Assembly: GCA_944332715.1 (NCBI GenBank)
Contig: CALVKN010000068.1
Coordinates: forward strand, 11,572-75,571
DNA: 64,000 nt
Origin: an uncultured Bacilli bacterium
Lineage (GTDB): Bacteria; Bacillota_I; Bacilli_A; RF39; UBA660
Direction: 5' to 3'
Below the pieces are notes generated by a model, which worked only from the letters and a program-made list of their open reading frames with translations, ran no database searches and had not been told where the DNA came from. The position numbers were made by a program, and so were the translations under genes. Every line of letters begins with the position of its first letter. Position 1 is the first letter of the stretch. Below, piece after piece: positions 36,651 to 47,941 of the stretch.

Positions 36651-37818
36651 GCCGCTTCACCACCCTTTCGATGATGTCCAGCGCCTCGTCGAGCAGCGCC
36701 TCGGTGTGCGTGGCCATGTAGCTCGTGCGGAGCAGGCACTCCGACGGGTGCGTCGCCGGCGGCAACACGGGGTTGACGTACACGCCCTCGTCGTAGAGCT
36801 CCTTGGCGATGGTCAGCGTGGTGACCGCGTCGTGGGTGTAGATCGGGATGATCGGCGTCGTGCTCTCGCGGATGGCGATGCCGCGGCGCTTGAGCCCTTC
36901 GCGCATGTGCCGCGCGAGCGCAGCCAGCCGTTCCGGCAGCTCCGGCTGCTCGCGCAGGATGTGCAGCGCCTCGATGGCCGTGGCGCACGAGGCGGGCGGG
37001 ATCGACGCGCAGAAGATGTACGGCCGTGAGGCGTGGCGCACGTAGTCCACGACGTCCGCGCTTGCGGCCATGTAGCCGCCGATGGACGCGAGCGACTTGG
37101 AGAACGTGCCCATGACGACGTCGACCTGGTCCTCCAGACCGAAATACGACGCGGTGCCGCGCCCGCCCTTGCCGATGACGCCGAGCCCGTGCGCGTCGTC
37201 CACCATGACGCGCGCGCCGTATTGGCGCGCGAGGCGCACGATCTCCGGCAGGTTGCAGATGTCGCCGCCCATGGAGAACACGCCGTCGGTCACGATCAGG
37301 CAGCCGGCCTTGTCCGGCACCTGCTGCAGCCGGCGCTCGAGCTCGTCCATGTCGTTGTGGCGGTAGCGGAGCATCTTGGCGTAGGAGAGCTTGCAGCCGT
37401 CGTAGATGCTCGCGTGGTTTTCCTTGTCGCAGAGCACGTAGTCGCTCTTGCCGCACAGGGCGGAGAGGATGCCGAGGTTCGTCTGGAAGCCGGTGGAGAA
37501 CGTCATCACGGCTTCCCTGCCGAGAAAGTCCGCCAGCTCGCGCTCGAGCTGCGTGTGCAGGCTCAGCGTGCCGTTCAGGAAGCGGGAGCCGGAGCAGCCG
37601 GTCCCGTAGGTTTCGAGCGCGGCGACACCCGCGGCGATCACGCGCGGGTGCACGGTCAGGCCGAGATAGTTGTTGGAGCCGAGCATGATGCGGCGCTTGC
37701 CCTCCATCATGACTTCCGTATCCTGGCGGGATTCCAGCTCGTGAAAATACGGGTAGATGCCCAGGGCGCGCGCCTGTTCGGCGTATTCGTTTTTGCGCTT
37801 GTCAAAGATGTCGTGCAT
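36637..37818 (-). CDS. PLP-dependent alpha-oxoamine synthase family enzyme (Kbl/BioF/serine-palmitoyltransferase-like)
   Basis: LGSNNYLGL, DGVFSMGGD...MVDDAHGLG, and TFSKSLAS with the PLP lysine; about 393 aa. GGGAGGAG Shine-Dalgarno. Confidence 0.8.
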   Translation of the reverse strand: MHDIFDKRKNEYAEQARALGIYPYFHELESRQDTEVMMEGKRRIMLGSNNYLGLTVHPRVIAAGVAALETYGTGCSGSRFLNGTLSLHTQLERELADFLGREAVMTFSTGFQTNLGILSALCGKSDYVLCDKENHASIYDGCKLSYAKMLRYRHNDMDELERRLQQVPDKAGCLIVTDGVFSMGGDICNLPEIVRLARQYGARVMVDDAHGLGVIGKGGRGTASYFGLEDQVDVVMGTFSKSLASIGGYMAASADVVDYVRHASRPYIFCASIPPASCATAIEALHILREQPELPERLAALARHMREGLKRRGIAIRESTTPIIPIYTHDAVTTLTIAKELYDEGVYVNPVLPPATHPSECLLRTSYMATHTEALLDEALDIIERVVKRHVGK

Positions 37819-37881
37819 GGTTCTCCTCCCATCGGTTGCATGGCGCGGCGCGCGGGCCGCGCCGGTCGGTCGGCGGCGCGG

Positions 37882-38763
37882 TTACCGCTCTGGTTCCGGC
37901 ATCGCCTCATAGGCGCGGATGAGCGCCTGCGTCCCCAGCTGGCCGTCGCCGGCGGCCAGCAGCTGTTCGTACATGGCGGCGACGAGGTCGAGCACGGGGA
38001 GCGCGGCGCCGTGGCGCTCCGCCTCCTCGCGGGCGATGCGCAGGTCCTTGACCTGGTGCTTGATGAAGAAGCCGGGGTTCAGGTCGCCGCGCAGGATGCG
38101 CGGCACCATGTTGGAGAGCTGCCACGAGCCGGCGGCGCCGCCGCTGATGCACGAGAGCATGTTCTCCGGGTCGAGCCCGGCCTTCCTGGCATATTGGAGC
38201 GCTTCGCATGCGCCGGCGATCGCGCCGCAGATGGCGATCTGGTTGGCCATCTTCGTGTGCTGGCCGGTGCCGGCCGGGCCGGTGTGGTGGATGGCGCTGC
38301 CCATGCGCTCGAACAGCGGCATGGCCCGCTCGAACGCCTCGCGGTCGCCGCCGGCCATGATGGACAGCGTGGCGTTTTTCGCGCCCACGTCGCCGCCGGA
38401 GACCGGCGCGTCCAGGGCGGAGAGAGAGCGCGCGCGGGCCGCCTCGTAGATGCGCACGGCGAGCGACGGCGCGGTCGTCGCCATGTCGATCAGCAGCGTG
38501 CCGGGCCGCGCGTTTTCCACGATGCCGTCCGGGCCAAAGTAGACCTCCTCCACGTCGGGCGGGAAGCCCACGATCGTGATCACGGCGTCCGCCTCCGCCA
38601 CGCAGCCGGCAACGGCGTCGTGCCAGTGGGCGCCGCGCCCCACGAGCGGCAGCGCCTTTTCCCGCGTGCGGGTGTAGAGGTGCATGTCGTAGCCCGCGTC
38701 CAGCAGGTGCCCCGCCATGGCGCCGCCCATGACGCCGAGGCCGATAAATGCAATGTGCTGCAT
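37882..38763 (-). CDS. NAD(P)-dependent beta-hydroxyacid dehydrogenase (3-hydroxyisobutyrate dehydrogenase / 2-hydroxy-3-oxopropionate reductase family)
   Basis: IAFIGLGVMGGAMA Rossmann motif. HIBADH-like catalytic region (..GTGQHTKMANQI..). First gene of the 3-gene minus-strand operon. Confidence 0.75.
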   Translation of the reverse strand: MQHIAFIGLGVMGGAMAGHLLDAGYDMHLYTRTREKALPLVGRGAHWHDAVAGCVAEADAVITIVGFPPDVEEVYFGPDGIVENARPGTLLIDMATTAPSLAVRIYEAARARSLSALDAPVSGGDVGAKNATLSIMAGGDREAFERAMPLFERMGSAIHHTGPAGTGQHTKMANQIAICGAIAGACEALQYARKAGLDPENMLSCISGGAAGSWQLSNMVPRILRGDLNPGFFIKHQVKDLRIAREEAERHGAALPVLDLVAAMYEQLLAAGDGQLGTQALIRAYEAMPEPER

Positions 38764-38918
38764 AGGTGTCATTCTCCCGTCCGCGCAGATGCGCAAATGA
38801 TGAAAAAGTATATCATATGGCGAAAAGAATCGCAAACAAAAGCGGTCCCGCTCGTTGACATTTTTGCCGGTTGTGAGCATAATAAAATGAACTACTTTGG
38901 AAACGGACAGGGAGGCGG

Positions 38919-40583
<1,665 letters not shown>

Positions 40584-40652
40584 CGGAGGCCGCGTGCCCG
40601 CCCGCGCCGGGCGCGGGCGGCAGGCAGCGGACAGACGGAGAGGGAATGGATC

Positions 40653-42098
40653 ATGGAAAAGACGGTCAGAACCAGGTTTGCGCCGAGCCCCACGGGGTAC
40701 ATGCACCTCGGCAACCTGCGCAGCGCGCTGTACACCTATCTCTATGCGCGGCACAACGGCGGGCGCTTCATCCTGCGCATTGAGGACACCGACCGCGAGC
40801 GCTATGTGGAGGGGGCCACGGAGGTCATCTACCGCACGCTCAGGAGCATCGGCATGGACTGGGACGAGGGCCCGGATGTGGGCGGCGCGTTCGGCCCCTA
40901 TGTGCAGAGCGAGCGCAAGGAGATGTACCTGCCGTATGCCGAGCAGCTCGTGCGCGAGGGCAAGGCGTACTACTGCTTCTGCACGGTGGAGGAGCTGGAG
41001 GTGCGCCGCGCGGCGGCGGCCGCGCGCGGCGAGACGTTCAAATACGACAAGCACTGCCTGCACCTGTCCCAGGAGGAGGTGGCGCGGCGCCTGGCGGCGG
41101 GCGAGCCGTATGTGATCCGGCAGAACGTGCCGGAGAGCGGCGAGGCGTCGTTTGACGACGTGATCTACGGCCACATCGCCGTGGACTGCGCCGAGCTGGA
41201 CGACATGATCCTCATCAAGGCCGACGGCATGCCGACCTACAACTTTGCAAACGTCATCGACGACCACACGATGGGCATCACGCACGTCATGCGCGGCAAC
41301 GAGTACCTGGCCAGCACGCCCAAGTACAACCTGCTCTACGAGGCGTTCGGCTGGGAGAAGCCGGTCTACATCCACATGACGCCCATCATGCGCGACGCGA
41401 CGCACAAGCTCTCCAAGCGCGACGGCGACGCGTACTTTGAGGACTATCTCCAAAAGGGCTACCTCAAGGAGGCGATCGTCAACTATGTGGCGCTGCTCGG
41501 CTGGAACCCGGGCGACGAGCGCGAGTTTTTCACGCTCGACGAGCTGGTGGAGGCGTTTTCGATCCGCGGCATGAGCAAGTCGCCCGCCATTTTCGACGTG
41601 AACAAGCTCACCTGGATGAACGCGGAGTACATCCGGCGCCTGACGCCGGAGGCGTTCACGGCCCACGCGCTGCCGTATTACGAGCAGGCGGGCGTCGCCG
41701 GCATGGACGCGGGCATCCTGTGCCGCATTTTGCAGCCGCGCACGGCGGTGTTTTCGGAGATTCCCGGCATGGTGGATTTCCTCGCCGCGCTGCCGGCGTA
41801 CGACACGGCGCTGTTTACGAACAAGAAATCCAAGACCGACCCGGCCGTGGCGAAGGCGGTGCTGTCGCTCGTGCTGCCGGCACTCGCCGCGCTGCCGGCG
41901 TGGACGGAGGCGGCGCTGCACGAGACGCTGCTCGGGCTCGCCGAGCGGGAGGGGCTGAAGAACGGCACGCTGCTCTGGCCGGTGCGCGTTGCGCTGGCCG
42001 GCCGGCAGGTCACGCCCGGCGGAGCGATCGAGATCGCCGCGCTGCTTGGCCGGGAGGAATCGCTGCGGCGGCTCGAGGCGGGGCTTGCCCGCCTGTGA
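40653..42098 (+). CDS. gltX: Glutamate--tRNA ligase
   Basis: PSPTGYMHLGNLRSAL (HIGH motif), KLSKR (KMSKS-like), 481 aa. Confidence 0.92.
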   Translation: MEKTVRTRFAPSPTGYMHLGNLRSALYTYLYARHNGGRFILRIEDTDRERYVEGATEVIYRTLRSIGMDWDEGPDVGGAFGPYVQSERKEMYLPYAEQLVREGKAYYCFCTVEELEVRRAAAAARGETFKYDKHCLHLSQEEVARRLAAGEPYVIRQNVPESGEASFDDVIYGHIAVDCAELDDMILIKADGMPTYNFANVIDDHTMGITHVMRGNEYLASTPKYNLLYEAFGWEKPVYIHMTPIMRDATHKLSKRDGDAYFEDYLQKGYLKEAIVNYVALLGWNPGDEREFFTLDELVEAFSIRGMSKSPAIFDVNKLTWMNAEYIRRLTPEAFTAHALPYYEQAGVAGMDAGILCRILQPRTAVFSEIPGMVDFLAALPAYDTALFTNKKSKTDPAVAKAVLSLVLPALAALPAWTEAALHETLLGLAEREGLKNGTLLWPVRVALAGRQVTPGGAIEIAALLGREESLRRLEAGLARL

Positions 42099-42162
42099 CG
42101 CGCCGCGGGACACGGAAATGCGCCGGGGGCGCGCGGCAGACGGCCCCCAAAAGGAGAGGACC

Positions 42163-43254
42163 ATGAAATTAGGCGTCGTGGGATTGCCAAATGTCGGAAA
42201 GAGCACGCTGTTCAACGCCATCACGCAGGCGGGCGCGCAGGCGGCCAACTACCCGTTCTGCACGATCGAGCCGAACGTGGGCGTGGTGCCGGTGCCGGAC
42301 GCGCGGCTGGACCGCCTGGCGGAGCTGTACAGCCCGAAAAAGGTCACGCCGACCACGATCGAGTTTGTGGACATCGCGGGGCTGGTGCGCGGCGCGAGCC
42401 GCGGCGAGGGGCTGGGCAACAAGTTCCTCTCGCACATCCGCGAGGTGGACGCGGTGGTGCACGTGGTGCGCTGCTTTGAAGATGAAAACGTCGTGCATGT
42501 GGACGGCAGCGTCGACCCGGCGCGCGACATGGAGACGATCAACCTCGAGCTGGTGTTTGCAGACCTCGAGACGGTGGAGCGCCGCATCGACCGCACGAAG
42601 AAGATGATGAAGGGCGGCGACAAGCGCCTGCTGCACGAGCTAGAACTGCTGGAGGGCATCCACGCCACGCTCGAGGCCGGCCGGCCGGTGCGCACGATGG
42701 CGTTTGACGCGGAGGACGAGCCGTTTGTCCGCGGGCTGTTTTTGCTGACCACGAAGCCGGTCATCTATGTGGCCAACGTGGCGGAGTCCGCGCTCGGGGC
42801 CGCGCCGGACGCGCTGGTGCGGCAGGTGTACGACGCGGCGGCGGCGGAGCACGCCGAGGCGCTGACCATCTGCGCGCAGCTGGAGGAGGAGATCTCCGCG
42901 CTGGAGCCGGAGGAAAAGGCGGCGTTTCTCGAGGAGATGGGCGTGGCGGAGAGCGGGCTCGACCAGCTCGTGCGCGCGTGCTACCGGCTGCTGGGGCTCA
43001 TCAGCTTCCTGACCGCCGGCGCGGACGAGGTCCGCGCGTGGACGATCCGCCGCGGCTGGAAGGCGCCGCAGGCGGCCGGCGTGATCCACACCGACTTTGA
43101 GCGCGGGTTCATCCGCGCCGAAGTCGTGCCGTATGAGACGCTCGTGGCGCTCGGCTCCATGGCCGCGTGCCGCGAAAAGGGGCTCGTCCGCTCGGAGGGC
43201 AAGGACTACGTGATGCAGGATGGCGACGTGACGCTGTTCCGCTTCAACGTCTGA
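42163..43254 (+). CDS. ychF: Ribosome-binding ATPase YchF
   Basis: GLPNVGKSTLFNA P-loop, central coiled-coil, C-terminal TGS domain (DFERGFIRAEV). Confidence 0.92.
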   Translation: MKLGVVGLPNVGKSTLFNAITQAGAQAANYPFCTIEPNVGVVPVPDARLDRLAELYSPKKVTPTTIEFVDIAGLVRGASRGEGLGNKFLSHIREVDAVVHVVRCFEDENVVHVDGSVDPARDMETINLELVFADLETVERRIDRTKKMMKGGDKRLLHELELLEGIHATLEAGRPVRTMAFDAEDEPFVRGLFLLTTKPVIYVANVAESALGAAPDALVRQVYDAAAAEHAEALTICAQLEEEISALEPEEKAAFLEEMGVAESGLDQLVRACYRLLGLISFLTAGADEVRAWTIRRGWKAPQAAGVIHTDFERGFIRAEVVPYETLVALGSMAACREKGLVRSEGKDYVMQDGDVTLFRFNV

Positions 43255-43343
43255 CCGGGAACGCCCGGATGCCGGGCAGGCAGAGGCAACAAATTGCCCG
43301 CGCAGAGGCCGTGGCCGGTGCGCGGGCTTTCTTCATTTTGAAG

Positions 43344-43850
43344 TCAGAGATTCAGCAGCAGTGTGCCGAAATTCAGGTACGCGGCAAAGGTGAGCCACAG
43401 CAGGTAGGGTAGAAGCAGCAGCGCGGCCGTCCGGTTGCACCGCAGGCTGGCGAGCAGCAGCAGGAGCACCAGCACCCAGAGCAGCAGCAGGTCGACCAGC
43501 GCGGCGAGCAGCAGCCCGGCGGCAAAATACAGCAGCGGCCAGAGGAAGTTGAGCGCAAGCTGCACCGCGTACAGAAACAGCGCGTTGCGGCATGCGCCGT
43601 CCGCTTCGGAAAGCGGCAGCACCCTGCCGTCCGCCCCGCGCGGCAGCAGCAGATAGCTGGAAAGGCCCATGAGCAGGTAGAGGATCGTCCAGACGACCGG
43701 GAACACCCAGCCCGGGGGCGACAGCGGCGGCTGCCGCAGCGCGGCATAGGCGTCCGTCGAGTCGCGGGTCAGCAGCCCGGCGAGCGCGCCCACGGCGAGC
43801 GGGATGGCCAGGCAAAGCAGCAGCGGTTTCCATTGCACATGTCGTTTCAT
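43344..43850 (-). CDS. tspO: TspO/MBR-family (tryptophan-rich sensory protein) membrane protein
   Basis: 5-TM protein with Trp-rich motifs (PPGWVFPVVWTILYLLMG...NFLWPLLYF). ATG at 43850. Confidence 0.8.
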   Translation of the reverse strand: MKRHVQWKPLLLCLAIPLAVGALAGLLTRDSTDAYAALRQPPLSPPGWVFPVVWTILYLLMGLSSYLLLPRGADGRVLPLSEADGACRNALFLYAVQLALNFLWPLLYFAAGLLLAALVDLLLLWVLVLLLLLASLRCNRTAALLLLPYLLWLTFAAYLNFGTLLLNL

Positions 43851-44050
43851 GTCAAAAGTGTATGCTGGATCGCGGCCGGTTATGCGCCCGGCGGGCCTGC
43901 CGGGGGCAAGGAGAGCCCGCCCGCGCCCTGCCCGGGCGCGAGGGCGGCGCGCCGCCGGATTGCCCTGCGGCGCGGCGCGAATTTTACTTGACACGCGCGG
44001 AGAACTCCTCTATAATAGACTGGCACGCGGGGTTCCCGCGGCAGGTTTGT

Positions 44051-44127
44051 GGCGGCGTAACTCAGCTGGCTAGAGTAGTCGGTTCATACCCGGCCTGTCA
44101 TCCGTTCGAGTCGGATCGCCGCTACCA
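44051..44127 (+). tRNA. tRNA with anticodon CAT (Met, or Ile2 if lysidine-modified)
   Basis: Manual cloverleaf: acceptor GGCGGCG/CGCCGCT, D-arm ACTC/GAGT, anticodon stem GTCGG/CCGGC with loop TTCATAC (anticodon CAT), T-arm ATCCG-TTCGAGT-CGGAT, and a 3' ACCA tail. The 1-72 G-U pair argues against the initiator. Confidence 0.85.
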
Positions 44128-44156
44128 CATGGTAGTCGCCGTTTCTGGCGGCAGCA

Positions 44157-44185
44157 GAAAAAGCCCGTTTGAACGGGCTTTTTTG
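44157..44185 (+). terminator. Rho-independent terminator after the tRNA
   Basis: AAAAAGCCCGTTTGAACGGGCTTTTTT. Confidence 0.85.
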
Positions 44186-44267
44186 TTGCGCTCTCGTCTG
44201 CGTTCTCGTCTTTGCCGCGCTCTCGCCGCTCGTCCCGTGATTCCGTTTTGACCACCGCGCCCGCCGG

Positions 44268-45374
44268 TCAGCCGCCGCCCTTCGCCTGGCCGCCCGGAAA
44301 GCCGTCCTCCGGCGCGCCGGGGCGCAGCAGGCCGCCCAGCTGCTGCGCCAGCGCCGCCACGGCCTGCGCCGCGCCGGCGGCCTCGCGCCGCTGCTCGGGC
44401 GGCCAGGCGTCCAGCGGGGCACGCGCGCACTCCTCCAGCAGCTGGGCGAGCGCCGCGCGCAGCGTGCCGCAGCGCGCGCACAGACCCTGCGCCCCCACGC
44501 CCGGCTGCGCGCTGAGCGTCTGCTGCAGCGTGGCATACCGCAGCGCCATGTCCCGGTATCGCCGCCGCGCGGCGCTCAGCTGCCGCCCCTTTTCCCGCGC
44601 CTCCAGCGCGTGGCGCGCCGCCTCCTCCCGCGTACGCTCGGACAGCGACTGCAGCTCCAGCACCTGCCGGCGCAGCGCCGTGTCCGCCGTGCTGCCGAGC
44701 GCGCGGCGCAACTGCGCGTTGGACTCCTCGAGGCGGTGCAGCTTCTGCTCCATGCCGTCGATCTGGTCGGAAGCGGCGCTCTCCAGCGCCTCCAGCTGGG
44801 CGTTGCAGCGCTGCAGCCGCTGCACCTCTGCCCGCAGCTTCTGGTAGGCGGCGTTCACGGAGATCTGCCCCTCGTCCAGGCTGCGGATCAGCTCTGGCGG
44901 GGCGTGGCTCACGATGTACTTGGCCTGGCGGTACTTGTCCCGCCCGCCGATGCCGGCCTGCTGCGCCACGGCCTCTTCCACGCGGCCCACCGGCGCGCCC
45001 GCCGGCCGCTGCGCCCCCGGCAGGTTGGCCGCAGAGTTGCCCGCCGCCACCTGCCGGAGCGCCGCTTCCAGCCGCGCCGCCCAGCGCATGCGCTCGGAAA
45101 ACGTGAAGTCCTTGCGGTTTTCGTTCTCGCTGACCTCCAGCCGGAGCAGGTGCACCGCGTCCCGCACGGGCATGACGCGCACCTCGAGCTGCTTCCAGCC
45201 GAGCGACTTGCACGCGCGCAGCCGCCGTTCCCCTGCGATGAGCAGCAGCTCCGGCGTCACGAGCGGCGGCTGGATGAGCCCGTTTTCCGCGATGTCCGCC
45301 GCCAACTCCGCCACGTCGCCATAGTCCCTGCGGATCCGGTCCGCCAGCCGGATCCGGTCGATGTCCACCAGCAT
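44268..45374 (-). CDS. ParB/Srx-fold (ParB N-terminal nuclease-like domain) protein with a long C-terminal coiled-coil
   Basis: N-terminal MLVDIDRIRLADRIRRDYGDVAELAADIAENGLIQPPLVTPELLLIAGERRLRACKSLGWKQLEVRV with a GERR-like motif. Coiled-coil heptads follow (QLEALESAASDQIDGMEQKLHRLEESNAQLRRAL). Strong promoter TTGTCA-17-TATACT upstream on the minus strand. Confidence 0.7.
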   Translation of the reverse strand: MLVDIDRIRLADRIRRDYGDVAELAADIAENGLIQPPLVTPELLLIAGERRLRACKSLGWKQLEVRVMPVRDAVHLLRLEVSENENRKDFTFSERMRWAARLEAALRQVAAGNSAANLPGAQRPAGAPVGRVEEAVAQQAGIGGRDKYRQAKYIVSHAPPELIRSLDEGQISVNAAYQKLRAEVQRLQRCNAQLEALESAASDQIDGMEQKLHRLEESNAQLRRALGSTADTALRRQVLELQSLSERTREEAARHALEAREKGRQLSAARRRYRDMALRYATLQQTLSAQPGVGAQGLCARCGTLRAALAQLLEECARAPLDAWPPEQRREAAGAAQAVAALAQQLGGLLRPGAPEDGFPGGQAKGGG

Positions 45375-45569
45375 TTCGCGTCTGTCCCCTCTCTTATGGA
45401 TTTCAGAATGCAAACATTTGTTCGTATAAGGCAGTATAACATGGTATACTGCAAATGACAACCGGCCCGGCCGGTTTTTTCACGGGTTTTTTGCGCGGGT
45501 GCCGGCCCGCGCGCCAAGTGGCGGAAATCGGCCGGCCGGCATGGACACGAGCACGGAAAGGGGAGCAAC

Positions 45570-46748
45570 ATGGCACGACGGGAGAGGATACGCATCGGCG
45601 CGGTGGACGCCACGGCGCTGTATACGGAGCGGGAACGGGCGCTGGACGAGCGGCTGCGGCGAGCCGTGCGGAACCGGGTGCGGTACGAGCGGGCGCGGCG
45701 GGTGGTGCGCGCGTGCGCTGCCGGGCGGCGCGGGGAGCGGCAGGCGCTCGCGCAGCTGGAGCGCATCTATGGGTATGCGGTATTCCTGCTGCCGGAGGAG
45801 GACGAGCTTGCCGCCGCCATTGCCGCCTGCCGGGCGGAGGCCGCCGCGCAGCGGCGGGCGCTGCGCGCGGCGCTCCTGGCGCACGCCGGGCCGCGCAGCC
45901 TTGCGCCGGAGCGGGCGCGCGCAGGGGACGGCGCGTCGCTGCCCGCGTCGGCGCTGACGCGGCAGCTCGGGCTGCGGCCGGGCGCGCGCACCGGCGCGCT
46001 GCTCCTCGTGCGGGCGGCGCGGCCGGAGGCGCTTTTCAGCCTGGCGCGGCACGGGTTCACGGTGGGCGGGGCGCGCTATGTGGCGCTGGCCGCCGCGCCC
46101 GCGCCGGACGCGCTGCTGTTTCTGCGCGAGACGCTGTTCCGGCGGCATGAAAAGGCGCTGCTGGGCGGGCTGACCCGTGCGCGCATCCGTGCGCTGGCCG
46201 GCCGCCGGGCGGACCCGCGCGCACCGCTGCAGGCCTGCGCGGAGGCGACGGAACCGTGGGCGGCGTTCGACATCGGGCGCGCGATCGTGGTGGACGACGT
46301 GCCGCTGCCCGCGGGCGGCGCGGCGCCGTTCGGGCTCGTGCTGCCGCAGGTTTCGGGCGGGGCGGCGGTGCACGTGCGGCTGCCGTGGATCGAGGGGCGG
46401 CTGGAGCCGTTCCCGTTCGACGCGTTCCTCCGGGCGCGCGGCCAGGCCGGCCGCACGGTGCGCGACATCTACGGCAAGACGCACGACGTGCTCGCGGAGG
46501 GCGTACAGGTCATCTTTACGCGCAGCCAGTTCCGGCTCTGGCGGTGCTATGCGTGCTGGGCGGAATACCGCCTGTATTTTCGCGCGTACGGCTGCGAGGC
46601 GGAGCGCCGCGCCGCGCCGGCGGGCGCGTGCGCGGCGGGCGGGGCGGACGCGCGCGCCTTTTGCGAGCGGCTGTTTGGCGCCCGGCGTGCCCGGCGGCGG
46701 GCGGGACGGCCCGGCGCGGGCGGCGCGGCGCAAAGCGACGGGGAATGA
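45570..46748 (+). CDS. Hypothetical protein, no recognisable domain, first gene of the plus-strand NlpC/P60-holin cluster
   Basis: 392-codon ORF with AAAGGGGAG at -7 to -13, co-oriented and nearly contiguous with the downstream NlpC/P60 gene. Arg/Ala-rich, as expected at this GC content. Real coding status rests on the RBS and operon context only. Confidence 0.5.
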   Translation: MARRERIRIGAVDATALYTERERALDERLRRAVRNRVRYERARRVVRACAAGRRGERQALAQLERIYGYAVFLLPEEDELAAAIAACRAEAAAQRRALRAALLAHAGPRSLAPERARAGDGASLPASALTRQLGLRPGARTGALLLVRAARPEALFSLARHGFTVGGARYVALAAAPAPDALLFLRETLFRRHEKALLGGLTRARIRALAGRRADPRAPLQACAEATEPWAAFDIGRAIVVDDVPLPAGGAAPFGLVLPQVSGGAAVHVRLPWIEGRLEPFPFDAFLRARGQAGRTVRDIYGKTHDVLAEGVQVIFTRSQFRLWRCYACWAEYRLYFRAYGCEAERRAAPAGACAAGGADARAFCERLFGARRARRRAGRPGAGGAAQSDGE

Positions 46749-46775
46749 GGAGGAAAGGGGAATGAGGAGGAAACC

Positions 46776-47510
46776 ATGGTGGAATATACGAGATTGCTCA
46801 AACATTTGATGAAAGGCGACGACGTGCGGGCGGTCAAGGACCGGCTCGTGGCGCTCGGCTATCTGCATGCGGCGACGCACGACACGTTCGGGGACGACAC
46901 GCTGGAGGCGGTGCGGTCGTTCCAGCGCGCCGCGGGGCTCACGGTGGACGGCGTCGTGGGCCCGCTCACGTGGGCGGCGCTGTTTGCCGACGGCGCGCCG
47001 GAGCCGCCCGCGCCTGCCACGCCGTCGGATCTGGCGGAGCGGATGTGCGCGCTTGCCCAGCAGTACATCGGCCATCCGTATGTGTGGGCCGCGTCGGGGC
47101 AGGAGAACCCGACCGACGGCGACATCCGCGGCCTGGACAAGACGGAGGCGGACGCGGAGCGCTCCATCCGCTTTTGCGACGCGCTTCGGCGCGGAGGCGT
47201 GACGCAGATGCGCTGCTTCGACTGCTCGGGGTTCGTGTCGTTCCTGCTGCGCGAGGTGGGCGCGTGGGACGGGCGGCGCGACTGCGACGGGCTGTGGGGC
47301 TATTGCACGCCGCTGGCGCGGAGCGAGCTGATCGCGGGGGATTTCGTGCTGCGCGGGAGCGACGGCGACAAGACGCACATCGGCCTGTATGTGGGCGGCG
47401 GCTGGGTGGTGCACGCCAAGGGGCGCGACGACGGCGTGGTGAAGGAACCGGTGCAGCAGAGCGCGGGGTACTGGAAGTACTTTGGGCGTTGCCGCCTGCT
47501 GTACCCGTGA
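46776..47510 (+). CDS. Cell-wall hydrolase: N-terminal peptidoglycan-binding domain (PG_binding_1) plus C-terminal NlpC/P60 (C40) peptidase; endolysin-like
   Basis: VKDRLVALGYL...TLEAVRSFQRAAGLTVDGVVGPLTWAAL is a PG_binding_1 domain. CFDCSGFVSFLL ... H(IGLYVGGGWVVHA) is the Cys-His NlpC/P60 core. GGAGGAAACC Shine-Dalgarno. Confidence 0.8.
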   Translation: MVEYTRLLKHLMKGDDVRAVKDRLVALGYLHAATHDTFGDDTLEAVRSFQRAAGLTVDGVVGPLTWAALFADGAPEPPAPATPSDLAERMCALAQQYIGHPYVWAASGQENPTDGDIRGLDKTEADAERSIRFCDALRRGGVTQMRCFDCSGFVSFLLREVGAWDGRRDCDGLWGYCTPLARSELIAGDFVLRGSDGDKTHIGLYVGGGWVVHAKGRDDGVVKEPVQQSAGYWKYFGRCRLLYP

Positions 47511-47519
47511 GGTGGCGCG

Positions 47520-47837
47520 ATGGACGTGTGGGAGATCGTGCAGGCGGCGCTGCCGTCGCTGCTGGTGTCCGTCGCCATGGGGGTGTTCAGCCGCCGCCAG
47601 AGGAAGCGCGACGCGGCCACGCGGGAGCGGGAGGCGGCGCGGCTCGAGGCGGAGAACGTGCAGGTGTCGCTGCTCGTGGCGAGCGCCAAGCTGTCGTACG
47701 CGCTGGCCATGGCGGCCAAGCGCGGCGCGCCCAACGGCGAGGTGGAGGACGGCGTGGAGCAGTACCGGGAGGCGATGCGGGCGTTCAAGCGCCTGGAGCG
47801 CAAGCTCGTCGCCCGGAACAACTCCGAGGGGGCGTGA
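47520..47837 (+). CDS. Small single-TM protein of unknown function (N-terminal TM, charged coiled C-terminus)
   Basis: MDVWEIVQAALPSLLVSVAMGVFSRRQRKRD... one TM then an Arg/Glu-rich helix. GAGGTG Shine-Dalgarno. Tightly packed between the P60 gene and the holin. Confidence 0.55.
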   Translation: MDVWEIVQAALPSLLVSVAMGVFSRRQRKRDAATREREAARLEAENVQVSLLVASAKLSYALAMAAKRGAPNGEVEDGVEQYREAMRAFKRLERKLVARNNSEGA

Positions 47838-47941
47838 CGCGCCGCCAGGCACGGGGGCGCGCTTTGCGCCATATGATGAAAGTGGGCGGCGTGTGCGGCG
47901 CCGCCCGAAACCGACCAAGGAACGAAAGGAGAGAACACGAC

